Part shown: piece after piece, positions 63,298-64,000 of the stretch
Layout: each line of letters opens with the position of its first letter
Position numbering within the stretch: the first letter of the stretch is position 1
Assembly: GCF_006345805.1 (NCBI RefSeq)
Contig: NC_043001.1
Coordinates: 26,474,001 to 26,538,000, forward strand
DNA: 64,000 nucleotides
Direction of reading: 5' to 3'
Source of the DNA: Octopus sinensis
Lineage: Eukaryota
Translations under genes and position numbers: made by a program
Notes under the pieces: model-generated
Told to the model about the DNA's origin: nothing
Seen by the model: the letters and a program-made list of their open reading frames with translations, nothing else
Database searches by the model: none

Positions 63298-63980
63298 TAG
63301 CAGAGATACTTGGCATTGCCTGTGTTACATGCAATTGAAGAATTAGACTTTTATATTATATTTTCTGTAATGAACTGGAATACCTATGTTTTGAATTTCA
63401 TCAAAATTGCAGATGAGGGTTATTTCTCTCTTTACACAGCATAAAAAAAATTGTAATCGTGCCACATGTAACCCATACTACTGATTTTTATGTGCATATT
63501 CCAAAATTCCAGTCCTATAGAACCTGTCTCTGTTACTGAATTGCAAAATATGGGATGTAAACACACCAACACTGTTGGTCAGGCGGTGGTGGGGGACAAA
63601 CAAACACACACACACACACACACATGGCAAGCTTCTTTTAGTTTCCATTCTGCTAAATCCACTCGCAAAGCTTTGTCAGCCTAAATCTTTAGTAGAAGGC
63701 ACTTGCTCAAAGTGGCTTGTAGTGGGATTGAATCCAGAACCATGTGGTTGGGAAGCAGGCTGCTCACCGCACACCCACCCCTGTGCCTATGCATATGTTT
63801 GTGTGAATGTGTGTGTCTGTGTGTGCCTTTGTGTTGGTGGAATTGTATATTAGAGATATCAGATTGAGTTGGAGCAGAGCTTTGAAGAAACATGACTGTG
63901 TTGTTTGTATTACAGTTGTGCATCTTAATGTTTATTGCAGGGGAGCCTTTAAGTATTGCTCAACATCATGATGCTGTGAC
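36905..63980 (+). CDS. MAN2B1: Lysosomal alpha-mannosidase, glycoside hydrolase family 38 (spliced gene, 3'-partial); join of 36905-36997, 42678-42780, 46639-46812, 49869-50062, 51754-51859, 53514-53611, 55172-55243, 57019-57135, 59559-59762, 62852-62912, 63941-63980
   Basis: Signal peptide followed by GH38 hallmarks: [19 protein letters not shown] (Zn ligands), [38 protein letters not shown] (catalytic nucleophile), [39 protein letters not shown]. All junctions GT-AG and in phase. Orthology to MAN2B1 rather than a lineage-specific paralogue is inferred. Confidence 0.96.
37805..38050. mobile_element. Probable Penelope-like terminal repeat fragment (similar fragments 14560-14740, 39183-39385)
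   Basis: ttcgaagcctctaatcttcagtcaag / acgtttcgag...ctcttcgtcag motifs resembling Penelope pseudo-LTR ends, next to microsatellites; family assignment is from memory. Confidence 0.4.
39085..39180. repeat. (CATG)n/(CATA)n/(CA)n compound microsatellite
   Basis: Directly visible. Confidence 0.95.
39481..39815 (-). mobile_element. RTE-LINE 3' tail element with tandem units
   Basis: Reverse-oriented consensus. Confidence 0.85.
40243..40558 (+). mobile_element. RTE-LINE 3' tail element
   Basis: Consensus with (gat)n tail. Confidence 0.85.
41988..42310 (-). mobile_element. Mariner transposase 3'-end fragment with terminal repeat
   Basis: Minus strand [25 protein letters not shown] and [36 protein letters not shown]; end tattgggttgtctggaaagtttgtgccgatttt. 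Confidence 0.8.
42678..42780 (+). CDS. MAN2B1: Alpha-mannosidase exon 2 (SCNPVKDG...[18 protein letters not shown], 103 nt)
   Basis: ttcccag acceptor, gtaagt donor. Confidence 0.97.
43312..43579. mobile_element. hAT (Charlie-like) MITE with 8-bp TSD
   Basis: cagtggttcccaaa ... tttgggaaccatta; TSD gtctaaca at 43304-43311 and 43580-43587. Confidence 0.85.
43840..43955. mobile_element. Short TTAA-flanked MITE
   Basis: ttaacctttag ... ctaaaggttaa termini. Confidence 0.55.
44350..44757 (+). mobile_element. RTE-LINE 3' tail element with 4 internal units
   Basis: Consensus with (gat)n tail. Confidence 0.85.
46639..46812 (+). CDS. MAN2B1: Alpha-mannosidase exon 3 (174 nt)
   Basis: ttacag acceptor, gtaatt donor; [10 protein letters not shown]...WRWW. 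Confidence 0.97.
48250..48720 (+). mobile_element. Highly decayed non-LTR reverse transcriptase fragment
   Basis: gttgacatcagccaatgcctttaacgttggcaggagaatctttttgataagttg resembles an LDISKAFD.V.HE.LL.KL RT motif with frameshifts. Confidence 0.4.
49510..49737. mobile_element. piggyBac-like MITE (internally deleted inverted copy at 59079-59253)
   Basis: ttaaccctttcg ... aaaagggttaa termini; near-identical body shared with the 59.1-kb copy. Confidence 0.75.
49869..50062 (+). CDS. MAN2B1: Alpha-mannosidase exon 4 (194 nt, contains catalytic WQIDPFGH)
   Basis: atatag acceptor, gtaagg donor. Confidence 0.97.
50945..51192 (+). mobile_element. RTE-LINE 3' tail element
   Basis: Consensus with (gat)n tail. 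Confidence 0.85.
51754..51859 (+). CDS. MAN2B1: Alpha-mannosidase exon 5 ([15 protein letters not shown]..., 106 nt)
   Basis: ttgtag acceptor, gtacgc donor. Confidence 0.96.
52899..53063. mobile_element. hAT (Charlie-like) MITE
   Basis: cagtggttcccaacct ... aagttggggactacta; near-TSD ccttagat / ccttaggt. Confidence 0.75.
53514..53611 (+). CDS. MAN2B1: Alpha-mannosidase exon 6 ([30 protein letters not shown], 98 nt)
   Basis: ttgtag acceptor, gtaaat donor. Confidence 0.96.
53917..54257 (+). mobile_element. RTE LINE reverse-transcriptase core fragment
   Basis: [88 protein letters not shown]. Confidence 0.92.
54280..54732 (+). mobile_element. RTE-LINE 3' tail element directly following the RT fragment
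   Basis: Consensus tail. Confidence 0.85.
55172..55243 (+). CDS. MAN2B1: Alpha-mannosidase exon 7 ([13 protein letters not shown]..., 72 nt)
   Basis: tttaag acceptor, gtaaga donor; DDP.L...N motif. Confidence 0.92.
57019..57135 (+). CDS. MAN2B1: Alpha-mannosidase exon 8 ([26 protein letters not shown], 117 nt)
   Basis: ttttag acceptor, gtaagt donor. Confidence 0.97.
57800..58146 (+). mobile_element. RTE-LINE 3' tail element
   Basis: Consensus with (gat)n tail. Confidence 0.85.
58640..59060 (-). mobile_element. Possible piggyBac left-end remnant
   Basis: Minus strand begins TTAA-CCC and encodes an acidic Ser-rich stretch [26 protein letters not shown], like piggyBac transposase N-termini. 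Confidence 0.35.
59559..59762 (+). CDS. MAN2B1: Alpha-mannosidase exon 9 (204 nt)
   Basis: ttgcag acceptor, gtaagt donor; YSTPSCY...[10 protein letters not shown]. Confidence 0.97.
60580..60900. repeat. Complex GT-rich repeat including a duplicated ~46-bp unit (gtgtgaatgtttgtatgtttg.gtatgtgagtgtattccagt)
   Basis: Directly visible. Confidence 0.9.
61204..62225 (-). pseudogene. Near full-length mariner (DD34D) transposase, inactivated
   Basis: ATG 62225 [19 protein letters not shown]..., HTH region, [33 protein letters not shown], ends GEYILD*; internal stops and frameshift. Confidence 0.9.
62852..62912 (+). CDS. MAN2B1: Alpha-mannosidase exon 10 ([20 protein letters not shown], 61 nt)
   Basis: ttgacag acceptor, gtaagt donor; bridges phase 0 of exon 9 to phase 1 of exon 11. 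Confidence 0.85.
63941..63980 (+). CDS. MAN2B1: Alpha-mannosidase exon 11 ([13 protein letters not shown], 40 nt)
   Basis: ttgcag acceptor, gtgagt donor; QHHDA metal-ligand motif. Confidence 0.93.
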
Positions 63981-64000
63981 GTGAGTTACCTTTTTTTGAA

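Overview
Eukaryotic, AT-rich, repeat-dense genomic DNA. The repeat families look like those of Octopus (inferred from recalled repeat families, not searched). Two intron-rich protein-coding genes diverge from an 18.3-kb spacer. On the minus strand is SRP68 (signal recognition particle 68-kDa subunit): 9 coding exons from ATG 18627 down to 944, 483 codons, with the 3' end outside the window. On the plus strand is a lysosomal alpha-mannosidase (MAN2B1-like, GH38): 11 coding exons from ATG 36905 to 63980, continuing past the window end. All exon junctions are GT-AG and phase-compatible. The rest is a transposon landscape: RTE-clade LINE fragments and many copies of their 3' tail, tRNA-derived SINE families, CR1-like 3' ends, a decayed Helitron helicase, a truncated Ty3/Gypsy element (LTR-gag-protease), a near full-length dead mariner, hAT and piggyBac-like MITEs, and microsatellites. 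No clearly new biological system can be demonstrated from sequence alone. The best leads are structural: a 204-bp-arm foldback whose mismatches are strongly biased to G-U pairs on one strand, inverted repeat pairs bracketing exons (candidate ADAR/circRNA substrates), several near-perfect short hairpins, a MITE next to the SRP68 start, and an overlapping uORF at the mannosidase start.
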